From Macrostomum lignano (lineage: Eukaryota): 64,000 nucleotides of DNA. The DNA lies in contig NIVC01001097.1 in assembly GCA_002269645.1 (NCBI GenBank), forward strand, positions 1 through 64,000. Reading direction: 5' to 3'. The notes below the pieces were generated by a model. The model saw nothing but the letters and a program-made list of their open reading frames with translations. It was not told the origin of the DNA and ran no database searches. Shown here in pieces: positions 29,103 through 40,826 of the stretch. How positions within the stretch are numbered: the stretch's first letter is position 1; the number at the start of each line of letters is the position of its first letter. Made by a program: the position numbers and the translations under genes.

Positions 29103-32011
29103 CTAGGGCGGGCAAACTCCGGCCCGCGGGCCAGATCCAGCCTGCGAGGCTTTATTTTCTGGCCCGCCACATAGCTTTTCATTTGCATTAAAATCCGGCC
29201 CGCAAAAGTCTGGCACTAGATTTTCCAGATTCTAAGGCTCTACTAAGGAGTCTAGACTCTAATAAGCAAACAAAGACTTATTCCCCTCTCCCTTTATATA
29301 GTATATTGTCAAATTCTAAGATTCGAAGGTATGGGCCGTGCCCAACCTTAAGCTCAATTTGGCTGTCTGTCCCTCTGGGCACGTGGCGTACGTCCATAAG
29401 TTCTCTTCCCCTTTCTAGCAGTCTTCCTATTAAGCCTTAGACATTGTTATATTATCCAGAGAGAAAAGAGTTGGTTTGGCCCCTGCATTGTTTAGCAGGC
29501 TGCAGCCTGCTGTTGGTAGACCACCTCCTCCCGAATCTGTTTATTTATGTGCCTATTAACTAAAAGTTCCCCTAAAATAAAATTTCCCTCAGTGTCACAG
29601 TGTGCCTCCCATCTATCTATCTAATCATGTCTACTACACCTCAACCTGCTAAAAAGAGAAAAGTAGATCTCGAGTGTCGGGCCTTTAAAGCTGATTGGCA
29701 GGAGAAGTACTTTTTTGTTGAGCGCTTTGGCCAGGCGCAGTGTCTTATCTGTTTTAAGATTGTGGCTGTCCTTAAAGAATTCAATGTGCGTCGCCACTGG
29801 GAAACTAATCACCAAACATCAGCCTATGCTTCAATGCCTGCTGATAAGAAGAAAGAAGCTATCACAAAGCTGTCTGGCAACCTGCAGAAGACGACTTTGC
29901 TCTTCCGCAAGCAGACCACTGAGGCCGACAAGGTGACTCGTGCAAGCTACGAGGTCTCCCATCTACTAGCTTGCCGGATGAAGCCTTTCTCGGATGGGGA
30001 CTTCATCAAGGAGTGCCTTGTGACTGTGGTGAACTCTGTCTGTCCAGAACAGCGTTCTGCTTTTGAGAGCGTGAGCCTCTCATCCCGTACTGTTCGACGG
30101 CGCATTGAGGAGATGTCGGACAATGTGCACGACTTGCTGAAGACCTGCTGCTCTGATCTAGTTGCCTTCTCCCTAGCTCTTGACAAGAGCACTGACATGA
30201 AAGATACAGCCCAGCTGGCCATTTTTATCCGAGGAGTCACTGCTGACCTCAAGATTCACGAGGAGTTTCTGCAGCTTGTCCCACTGCATGGCACCACCAC
30301 TGGCAAGGACATATTTGATGCTGTGCTTCAGTGTGTTGAGCAGCACTCACTTGATCTTTCTCGCCTTGTGTGTGTGACGACCGATGGTGCCCCAGCAATG
30401 ACTGGAGAGAGGAAAGGCGCCGCATCACTGCTAGTGCATCACTGTGAGGCTGCCGGCCATACCCAGCCAATACAAAAGATGCATTGCATTATTCATCAGG
30501 AGGCCCTGTGCGCCAAGTCTGCCAAACTTGCTGATGTCATGTCAATTGTGGTGAAAGTTGTCAACTCCATCCTCTCTAGCAGCCTCAACCATCGCCAGTT
30601 CCAGACTCTAGTGGACGAGGTGAATGCGCAATATGGAGACCTGCTCTACTTCTGCGAAGTCCGCTGGCTGAGCCGTGGGGCCATGCTTTCTCGTGTGTGT
30701 GACCTGCAGCAGGAGATTGTCACATTTTTGCGCCAGAAGAATCTGCCCCATGCGGACTGCTTTTCTGACCCAAAATGGCTTGCTCGCCTGGCCCTGCTGA
30801 CTGATGTCACTGCACACCTGAATGCCCTCAATATAAAACTTCAAGGCCAAGAAATTCTTGTGACGGACATGCACGCTGAGATCACTGCATTCGAGGTCAA
30901 GCTACGCTTGTGGGAGGCTCAGCTGACTGCTGGTCAGTTTGTGCACTTTCCTCGTCTTGCTGCCTGTGCCCCAGATGACGTGGACCTGGTCACTTGCGCA
31001 GGGGTTGTGGCTTCTCTGCGGGAGGAGTTTGCCTCCCGCTTTGCAGGAGTCAGACGCCTGGCTGTGGACTTCAAGCTCCTCACTGCTCCCTTTGACTGCT
31101 CGGTGGATGATGCCCCAGCTGCCCTGCAGATGGAGTTGGTTGAGCTGCAGTGCAACGATGGACTGAAGGCAAAGTTCCGCACTTCCTCCCCTCTAGCCTT
31201 CTTTCGGGACCTTGTTCTCCCATCCAACAACTTTCCAAACTACATCGCCCATGTTCAACGTATTGTGGCCATGTTTGGGAGCACCTATTGCTGCGAACAG
31301 CTGTTTTCCAAAATGAGCTTCACCAAATCTCGCCTTCGTTCCCAGATTTCAGACCGCCATCTTAATGATATCCTTCTGCTGTCTACTTCGTCTATCAAGC
31401 CGGATTTTGAAGCACTTCTTCAGGGCAGACAGTACCACCCATCTCATTAAGTTCAAATGACTGAATTTCTGCTAACAGACTGTAGATTGGGCATGTCTGT
31501 CAACCAAAATTTGTCATCATTATCTCCTCTAACGGCATGCTATCACTGCCCATCATTGTTCGAGCATTTTGTCAATGTATTTCTTTTTGTATCTTTCCTA
31601 TTATAATTCCCTGTCAATGTCACTTTTTATTGTCCATTTTTTCTATTGCTAGTACTATTTTCCTTCATTAAATATCAACTGTATCATCTGTAGCAAGTAA
31701 CTAATAACTTTTTCATCAGCGCTGATGTTATTGCCATTGGAAGTAAGAGCAGTTACGTAATTTTTTAAACGTCATTATTACTTAAACTTCTCATTTGTTA
31801 ATTCGACTTTATATAAAGCAAATATCTGCATATTCAATGATACATGTATTTCACTAATTGTAATGAAACCTACTATTAAAAGCTTGATATGCAAATAAAC
31901 AAAACTGTATTTCTATCTACCAAGAAAGTTGCCTCGTTATTGAGCTCCGGCCCGCGGCTGTTCAACGAAAGTATTATTTGGCCCACTCTCTAAAAAGTTT
32001 GCCCGCCCCTG
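29103..32011 (+). mobile_element. Full-length hAT transposon (Charlie/GTF2IRD2-like), 2.9 kb
   Basis: Imperfect 16-bp TIRs CTAGGGCGGGCAAACT / AGTTTGCCCGCCCCTG; 8-bp TSD GCCTATAT (29095-29102, 32012-32019); GGCCCGC subterminal repeats. Confidence 0.95.
29627..31450 (+). CDS. hAT transposase, GTF2IRD2/EPM2AIP1-like (607 aa, open)
   Basis: N-terminal CLIC...RRHWETNH zinc finger; LDKSTD, TTDGA, HCIIHQ, VRWLSRG, CEQLFS. Confidence 0.93.
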   Translation: MSTTPQPAKKRKVDLECRAFKADWQEKYFFVERFGQAQCLICFKIVAVLKEFNVRRHWETNHQTSAYASMPADKKKEAITKLSGNLQKTTLLFRKQTTEADKVTRASYEVSHLLACRMKPFSDGDFIKECLVTVVNSVCPEQRSAFESVSLSSRTVRRRIEEMSDNVHDLLKTCCSDLVAFSLALDKSTDMKDTAQLAIFIRGVTADLKIHEEFLQLVPLHGTTTGKDIFDAVLQCVEQHSLDLSRLVCVTTDGAPAMTGERKGAASLLVHHCEAAGHTQPIQKMHCIIHQEALCAKSAKLADVMSIVVKVVNSILSSSLNHRQFQTLVDEVNAQYGDLLYFCEVRWLSRGAMLSRVCDLQQEIVTFLRQKNLPHADCFSDPKWLARLALLTDVTAHLNALNIKLQGQEILVTDMHAEITAFEVKLRLWEAQLTAGQFVHFPRLAACAPDDVDLVTCAGVVASLREEFASRFAGVRRLAVDFKLLTAPFDCSVDDAPAALQMELVELQCNDGLKAKFRTSSPLAFFRDLVLPSNNFPNYIAHVQRIVAMFGSTYCCEQLFSKMSFTKSRLRSQISDRHLNDILLLSTSSIKPDFEALLQGRQYHPSH

Positions 32012-32324
32012 GCCTATATGCTACATATGTTCTTACTAACAAACTTAATAATGTTGATACCTTTTCAATTAGATATATTTCTCTTAGTTAATGCTTATAG
32101 AAATATCACTGTTCTTTTTTAGTCTTTAAATATAAAAACTTTCTGTGGCAAATAACTTTAATGATTATCCATTATAAGCCCTACATTGATGCGCATAATA
32201 TACATTGCATGCCAATTGTGCACACTAATAACTATACTTTCTTTGTTGCATGACATATATATTGATATTTTAAAATGTATACTATATAGAAAATTATATT
32301 ACACACTATATCTTCTATAGATAG

Positions 32325-33240
32325 GAATATAAGGAGATTTTTAGAAAGATAGTTGAAAAACTTTATGTAGATAAGAAGCTAGTATCAATTGCAAGACAGC
32401 TTGGTATCTCAAGAATGCAAGTCTATTGAACCAAAAAGCTCCTTAATAAAGATTGGGAATACAAAAGCTTAGTATAAAATTAGGTGCTATTGCACATCTT
32501 ACATTGTTACTATAATTCAAGCTATAAAACAATGGATTCATCAAAATCCCAAGAGGAATATCTGGCAGCTGGCATATGACTTTAGCATAGCTGACTCCAC
32601 AGTGAGGAAACTCATCAAAGATGACCTAAGCATGCATAGCAAGGCTATTGTTGCCTGATATAGTATGTTTGCCAACTGGAAATGTTGTCGTACAGAGAAG
32701 GCTAGAGGTCTGCTAAACTAACTAATAAAGTCCCATGGTAGATTCATGCACATCTTTTTAGACAAGAAGTTGTTCACCATTGATGTTATCAACAGGCAAA
32801 TTATTGCTATATTGTCTCTAGGCTAATGTCTAAGATCCTAAGCAATGTTTGGATGATTCAACACTGTTAGCACCTTGGCTTAGTAATGGTTCTAGGCATT
32901 ATCATGTTTGATAGCCAAAGTGCCTATCAATCTTCATTGAGGCTGGTGTGAAAATCAACTTGGCAACATACTAGGAGCTTTTAAAGATGTGAGTCATGCC
33001 TTGGTTTCAACAGAGATACCTAGGAGGTGACTACGAGTATGTGTGTTAGCAAGATAGCACTCTAGCTCATACTATGAGGACAATGCAGTTTTTTTTGGTG
33101 GCCAACTTCAGCAATTTCTAGGTAAGGACATCTGACCTCTTTCATTGCCCATTGAACCCTTTAGACTTCTATTTCTAGGTGCATGTGGAGAAGAAGGCCT
33201 GCCAACTTCAATACAGGAGCATAGTGGATCTTAAAGTATA
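32325..33240 (+). pseudogene. Hypermutated Tc1/mariner transposase of DD37D (maT) type
   Basis: Relic motifs IARQLGISRMQVY*, IFLDKKLFTID (FSDEK), VMVLG, *QDSTLAHT (QQDGAPAHT), *PLSLP..LNPLDF (WPPSSPDLNPLDF). After correcting frameshifts, 37 residues separate the 2nd and 3rd Asp. Confidence 0.88.
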
Positions 33241-33849
33241 ACATTTCAGTGCATGTACCCAGTATATAACCCCAATATGCTTAATAGCATTAAGACTATC
33301 ATTATGTATCACATTATTATAACTTTTGGAAACATTTCAACTTAACTCCTAAGTACAAAATTATATATATTTGTCTTGCTTGCTAAATAAATATTAGTTT
33401 CTATATCTAGAACAAGTCTTATCTTACTGTTGCCTTTTGATTTTAAATTTACATAGCATTATTTATTTTTTCTAAGCAATTATAGAAGTATTATATGTGT
33501 ATTTTTGTATATTTATTATTAAGCAGTCTGGGAATCCATAGCAAATAATTTTTAAACATACAGAGTTTTCATTTTTATAGATATTGTAACAAGGTTTAAC
33601 TTAAATCCTAAGAGCTAATACCAAGTTGTCCTAGGGGTTGCTTTTGTCTTTTTGAAATATTCTATTTTTTGAACTAATCTCACTGCTATGACCAATGTTG
33701 TCCTAGGGCTATCCTACCTCTTAAATAATTTTATTGTTGTTACCAAGTTGTAACATAGTCCTCTGCAATGTAATATTTTGATATACTTTTAATACTATAC
33801 TATTTCCTAGTAGTGTATCATGTAAAATTAGTAGAATATTATATATTAT

Positions 33850-34150
33850 TTGCCTAAGTAGTCTTTTGGCACTATACTTTATCCTATCTTATGATTCTCT
33901 CCTATTGAGAATTTCTCTCAGTCTGTGCATTACTGGGATCAGAAGGTCACAGCTTACATTAATAGATTTGGTAGACTCCTTGATTCTACATCTTAATCTA
34001 ATTGTCCTTACCATTTGGTAGATGTTCTGCCCTTAAAGTGATTTTTTAGATTCTAAATCTAGAGGTCTTATTCTGAAAGGTTTATTCTCCCAATCTATAG
34101 GGTTATTCATATGTTACTATCTACTACTCAAAATAAGTAACATGAGAGTA
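33850..34150. repeat. Dispersed repeat, copy A (more eroded), homologous to ~59880-60190
   Basis: tctctcagtctgtgcattactgggatcagaaggtcacagc and ctactcaaaataagtaacatgag align with copy B; family not identified. Confidence 0.75.
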
Positions 34151-35899
34151 AGCACTAGCTTTAAGGTTATTTATCAATTTTATCTCCAAATTATAATAGT
34201 TGGAGAGATATCAGAAGCTGATCAATCTAGAAAGAGTTTGAGTTATGAAAACAAGTTTAAGATCAAATTCAAGTTTATTTTATTTTTGCTGCCATTTTTA
34301 TTCATAGTAAAACTTTCCTTGTTGAAAGACAATAAACCAGTAAATACAATAAAAATGCAATAGCAAAGCAATAATTTTTTCTATGGTATCTTACTGTTGC
34401 AATATTGTACCTAATAAGATGTGTGCCATATGTGACACACTAAAGATGACGATTTTTGTTTAAAAAATAATATTCACAATATTTTCAATATTGTGTACAT
34501 TAAAACAAAATTGTACAATTTAAAATATAACATTTTCTAAGAGATAAATAGGCCTATTTAAGTATATAATATATATGGGAATATATGTCTCCCATTGAGT
34601 TAGTTGCCAGCTATCTAGAAGGGGATATGCATTAAATCTAGCAAGCTGGTCCACTCAGCTTTAGATATAAGAGATATATTTTATACTTAATATAATCAAA
34701 ACTCATTGAATTTAGTGATGTTCAATATAATTTTATATTTAAAAATCACTAATAACTATAAGGCTTAATGCTTAGCAGTATGTTTCTAACCCATTAAAAA
34801 TCCTAAACTATTACAAAAACAGAAAAGTTGAGAATCAATATAAAAGAAGCATAAAATAATTATCCTTATATGACTTTAGTTTACTTTTTTCTAAAATAAT
34901 TAGCCTTATAGATATGAGATATAAATTATACTGGCCAAACAGGCTTTTTGCCTGAGCCAAACTTACTACTGTTAGTATATTAGTATGAGTAGAAGTAGAT
35001 AAACTCTAAACTTTTACATAAATTTAGTTCTTTTACATAAAGTTTAAATCTGCATGTTTAGAACTAAAATTTTGGCAACTATAAACTATATTTGCTTTTC
35101 AAATTCCCTCATTTTTCTTTGAAAGAAACCAAAAAACTGTAAAAGTACCTTTAAAAGTTTAACTCAATTTTTAGCAATCGCTTTAAGCAAATTTACTGAA
35201 AATTGATGCTTCTATTCTACCACCCTGCCTAATCTGAACAACAATGTCTGGCGATATGAACAAATCAGGTGAGCATTTCGCTTTTATGGCTACTTATAGT
35301 AACAAAATTGAGGAACCCACATAATTGAGCACTAAGCACTCTTGGCGTCCCAGTCTCTTCTGTCCCCCTCCTTTGTCGGTCCCGCAGCCTGGCCCCATTT
35401 CCTGTCTCCCCCCTCCCGTATCAATTTTATTCTGGGCGCGCCGTCCCGCAGCCCTGCTCAGCTGGCCGCAAAGTCTTTGTAGATTTCTTTCTCTGATGAT
35501 GCTTGTCAAAATGCTCCACCATTGCTTCTGCTGTCTGCTTTTTCTGCTATCACTTTCTGTCGATATTTGAAAACATGAGCTCGCCCTGCTCAATGCGCCG
35601 CAAACCCGGCCGAGATTGGACTGCCAGGAATTCCCCTCAGGGCACTTGTCAGCCGGCCTGCCATGCGGGTCTCAGGATGCTGGGAGGCAGCTGATGAAGC
35701 TGAGCGCCCCGTGAGCAATGCTGCTGAAGCCAAAGTATCTCAAATCATATTCATTGATTGGAGAAAGGTGACACTTGACGTGAATTCGGTTTGGGTTTCA
35801 ATATTTTCCTGTATTTTTGTTGAGACGGACAGCGAGTTCTATGCTTCTTGTGTTGTGCTCAAACAGAACAGGCTGTGTTAGTGAAATCAGTTGGGTAAA

Positions 35900-36330
35900 T
35901 ACTCGTAGTTTATTGATCGTAGTTGATAAATACTATACTCGTAGTTGATTGATACTCGTAGTTTATTGATACTCGTAGTTTATTGATACTCGTAGTTTAT
36001 TGATACTCGTAGTATATTGATACTCGTAGTTTATTGATACTCGTAGTTTATTGATACTCGTAGTTTATTGATACTCGTAGTTTATTGATACTCGTAGTTT
36101 ATTGATACTCGTAGTTGATAAATACTATATTCGTAGATGATTGATACTCAGTTGATAGTTACTCGTAGTTGATTTATACTCGTAGTTGATTAATACTCGT
36201 AGTTAATAAATCACTCGTAGTTGATTGATACTCAGTTGATAATTACTCGTAGTTGATTGATACTCGTAGTTGATAAATACTCGTATTTGATAAATACTCG
36301 TAGTTGATAGATAATCGTAGTTGAGTTACT
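35900..36330. repeat. 17-bp tandem repeat (ATACTCGTAGTTTATTG)n
   Basis: Read directly. Confidence 0.93.
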
Positions 36331-37224
36331 CGCAGCTGGTGCACAACTTGCATGGCTGACGTCTTGGTCGGTCTATTGACCGGTTCCTGGCTTTCGCCAG
36401 TGACTGAATCTCTGCGGCTGCCTGGAGTTTCTGTACTCAGGCATTCTCAGATCCCGTCTACGTTCTCAGAGCTGTTGTCCCCCCCCCCCTGGTTGCCCCC
36501 ACAAAACACTCCGTTTCTCCCCCCTCATCTGCTTTCATGCGGCTCTCTGTCCTCGTAAGGGGAGTTTTCTAAGAAACACCGCGGCCCCAACGACCCAGAA
36601 CCGGCCTTCCTTCTCTCCGTTCCCTATTGAAATCTGCTCACGCAGTCCCGGCTATTGAAACTGCCCCGCTAGACCAGCGATGGCGCGTTTCCTCGCAAAT
36701 CTGGACTACAAGAGCCCAGCTTCCGGCGCGGAAATTGCTAATAAATGTCAGCATGCAAATTAGGGGGCTCAGCGCTGGGGCCTGAGCTTGAGTCCGCCCG
36801 CCCGCACGCTCAGACACGCACGACTCAATAAGCTCCGGTCCGGGGGAGACGCCGGGGAGCGCCGGTGAGGATTAAGATAAATGGGACAGGCCCGGCGCTG
36901 GAGGTGGCTCTTTGTCACCCGGCCTCCCCAAGATGGATTGTTTGGTGAAGGAAACTCGCGTGTAAATCACCGCCTCGCTAGCAGCAACAACGGCCGATTA
37001 AGGCCCGATGGCGTGCGCGCAACAAACCTCAGGGCGCCGGGCTCCTTCCATTTCCTGACCCCTGCGCCCCCAGCCTCCCTTGCCTGGCTGCTCTTCATCT
37101 TCTCCGGCTTCCTCGCAGATGTGGGTCCTGAGTGTTTTTTTGCTCTCAGTTTCCGGGGCTCTGAATTTGAATTGGTATATTGAATATATTCGTGTATAAA
37201 TTTTCCTGTTTTCTTGAAATTGTT

Positions 37225-37985
37225 TTAGGTGAGATTCTCTTGAGATTGTCTAAGGTGAGATTCTCTTGAGGTTGTCTAAGATGAGATTCTCTTGAGATTG
37301 TCTTGGGTGAGATTCTCTTGAGATTGTCTTGGGTGAGTTTCTCTTGAGATTGTCTTGGGTGATATTCTTTTGAGATTGTCTTGAAAAGATTCTCTTGAGA
37401 TTTTCTTAGGTGAGATTGTCTTGGGTGAGATTCTCTTGAGCTTGTCTTATGTGAGATTGTCTTGAGTGAGATTCTCTTGAGCTTGTCTTATGTGAGATTG
37501 TCTTGAGTGAGATTCTCTTGAGCTTGTCTTATGTGAGATTGTCTTGGGTGAGATTCTCTTGAGCTTGTCTTATGTGAGATTGTCTTGGGTGAGATTCTCT
37601 TGAGCTTGTCTTATGTGAGATTGTCTTGGGCGAAATTCTCTTGAGCTTGTCTTATGTGAGATTGTCTTGGGTGAAATTCTCTTGAGCTTGTCTTATGTGA
37701 GATTGTCTTGGGTGAGATTCTCTTGAGCTTGTCTTATGTGAGATTGTCTTGGGTGAGATTCTCTTGAGCTTGTCTTATGTGAGATTGTCTTGGGTGAGAT
37801 TCTCTTGAGCTTGCTTATGTGAGATTGTCTTGGGTGAGATTCTCTTGAGCTTGTCTTATGTGAGATTGTCTTGGGTGAGATTCTCTTGAGCTTGTCTTAT
37901 GTGAGATTGTCTTGGGTGAGATTCTCTTGAGCTTGTCTTATGTGAGATTGTCTTGGGTGAGATTCTCTTGAGATTGTCCTATGTG
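37225..37985. repeat. 41-bp tandem repeat (GTGAGATTCTCTTGAGCTTGTCTTATGTGAGATTGTCTTGG)n
   Basis: Read directly; shorter sub-repeat variants at the left end. Confidence 0.93.
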
Positions 37986-40826
37986 ATATTTTTGTGAAAC
38001 TATCATATGAATATTTTTGAGCTTATCCTATCTAAGATTCTGCAAATTATGATTGTCAAATGCATGTTAATGACGCGATTAATGAGCAGGTAGACAAGTA
38101 TATTGCCATCTAGTATAGCCTATATAAACTTAGCTTTGTAGTCAGTCAGCGTTGATTTGAAAGCCTGTGACGTGCGGCTTCCTGGCTGAAATCTTGGCCT
38201 GACTGCCTTGAACTTTGGCATTCATTTTTTCAATCTTTTTTCATTCGTTCCGCCTCGCGCGTCACAGCCGGTGATGCAGGGGGCGACTTGTTTTTCTTTT
38301 TTTCTGCTTTGTTATTCATTTCGCATCCAGCCAGAGGGGCTGACAAGTCAAACTGAGCAAACAGCCCGAAGGTAGGCGTTTTTGTTGAACTCTAAATTTG
38401 AAATGGTACGAGCTAGTATTAGAATTGTGAAACCTTCGAGTCCGCCTTGCTCAGCTTGACTCGGCTTAGCTCGAGTCGGTTGGCTATGAGAAAATTAAAA
38501 GCAACTCCAGTTCGGGAAGCGGGGGATGAGGATTGGAATTGAGCCGTCCTGACGCAAGCTGGCGGGCGGGGCCGACTGTTACGTCATAAGCCGGGCTGTT
38601 TGTCTGTCGCAGATTGAATTTTTGACGCTTATTATGAGCTCGAGAAGCCGACTGGGGGCTGGGATTGGGATGAGCTTGAGCAGCCCTTTCGGTGTTGAGT
38701 TCGGGCTGAGTCGGGACTGCTGGTTACTGGGCCATTACCAACGGGCGGGGGTTGACAGGGCAGAGAGACAGCTAGCGGGCCGGCTCATCAGACTGGAGCT
38801 GCAATGCTTGGGCGCATTTAAAGGCACTTAATTACCATGGGGCTGCTGCAGCCGGCCGGCCTCTCAAGGAGGCCCCCCTCCCGTGGCAGCGAAGTTTCAC
38901 TGAGCGGAAATCATTTAGACAGAGGCGTAATGAGAAGTGAATTGTCTCCTTCCGCCAGCCAGCGCCTCCCAAGCGGCCCCCTGTAGCTGGCCGGCCCTCT
39001 TTGATCTGATCGGCTACAAATCGCTTCTTAATACTTGGCCGGGCCGTGGCCATGATGAAATATTCAACGCGCCTTCGGGACCGGCCGTGACTCACCCCGA
39101 CTCTCGCCTGCTGTGCGATCAACTTTGGCCAAGCTGTTCTGTTCTGTCATTAAAGAGGCGGGCGATTATAAAGTTTAGAAACTTTCTTTGAGTCAATCAC
39201 GGACTAGGCGGTGCGACTATTTTGATGCAGCATCAGCTTCCACAAGCTCCTAATGCTCTCTACGTTGCAGCCCGATTCTGCCCGAACCCTAACCCAGCTT
39301 TTGAATTTCGTAGCATATCCATATCTTATATAGCCTTTTTACTCACAATCCCTTTCTAATCAGGCCTGAAACTCACAAGCTTAACACCCGTTCCCAGTTT
39401 TCCAACTCCAAGAATTACAAACTTTCTAAATCCCAAATTAGAAAGCACCAGAACTTTCCAAAGCTAAAAAAATCATGACTGAATCAACCTCCAAGACTTG
39501 AATCAGAAGCTTCCTAAATCCCATTTTTCGTGATTCGTGAACTCCAATGTGGCGGTGTCTGGTGCGTGAAGACAGATATTCACAGGCTTTACTATTCATT
39601 CCTGTCTGCAGAGAGCTGTCCGATGAGCTCAGTCTGCATACACTTGGCGGCATTAATTGGTCCTGGACTCCTGGCTCAGCCGCAAAAATTCGTCTTTCTT
39701 GCTTGTGGCTCATTTTGAACTGTTTGCTTAATGCGATCGCCCCATTCTCTGTTGTCAATTACTAGAAGGAGTTGCCATGCCGCAGTTGTGACAGGCCGGT
39801 GGTTGAGACGCCGACTCAATCAAGTTGAGAATGTTGAGCCTTTAAATAGCAACTTTTAATAGGCCTATCCATAGTTCTGTTTCATATGGAACCTGCGGGC
39901 TATGCGGCTGCGATGTTTATCTACTGCGGGGCGGAGGTCGCAGACGGCCGCCTCAGCAGGCCAACGCAGATCTGGCGTGTCGATATTGCGAGTTTTCCCT
40001 TGATTTATCGCCTTGTTTTCCCTTGCCAACTGCCGCCCCGCGCCATTCCAAAACACTGCAGGGCCATTCTATATTGCCGTCCCGCCTCAACTTGCAAGAC
40101 GTTGATAAAGCGATTGAGGCCATTATTTAGCGAGGATTTTTTTAAGCGGCAGTGGAAGGTGGAGAAAATTGTGCAGCCAACTTAACTATGAGCGCAAAGA
40201 AATCCTGGGATTAAAATCCCAACTAATCTTAAGGAAATGCGAGCAATAAAATAGCGAATTTTGAGTTTCTGATGGCTGCCGGCTGGCTATCGGCTGTCAG
40301 GCCGGCAGTTCTGTGCGTGTATTTTGTGTTTAAGACTGTCCCTCTGCTTCTGCTATGCTTTGAAATTGCTTTTTTATATGCGCTTTCGGAATGGGGGGGT
40401 CCGAGCTCGCTGATGGGGCGGCAAGAGCAGATTAGGAATAGGGAAGAGTTTTAGGGTCAAGCAGAAATCGAGATAAGACTACAGTCTCACGGCTATCTTT
40501 TTATACATGTGTGGGATTTCCGTGTTTGACGAATAAAAGCAGAATTTACAGAAAAAAGACAACAGTTCGCAAATTCGGACCGAGCTTGGCCTAGTGCCGA
40601 CCTCAGTCCGTATGCAAGCAATATGGCCTAAGCATTGTATAATAGATTTATGCATGAAACCTGTATAGTCAACACGATTAGATATATATGATATGGTAAT
40701 AATACGGTGGGCATTGCATGCGCTACCTACGGCCCTGCGGCCTTTTGCTATGTTCTTGGGAAAGTCCCAACTGTGTTCTGCAAAGTGAGTCAATTGTTTA
40801 GGTATGTAATTATCAGCTTAAAAATG

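Noticed and set aside
35246-35270. Possible micro first exon ATGTCTGGCGATATGAACAAATCAG|GTGAGC
   Set aside because: No convincing downstream exon or homology.
36703-36740. ACTACAnnnCCCAG plus CTTCCGG plus GCGCGGAAA promoter-like motif cluster
   Set aside because: Short motifs with no gene that can be linked to them.
35900-37985. Regular short repeats superficially like CRISPR arrays (also others in the window)
   Set aside because: Units are contiguous with no unique spacers, there are no cas genes, and the context is eukaryotic.
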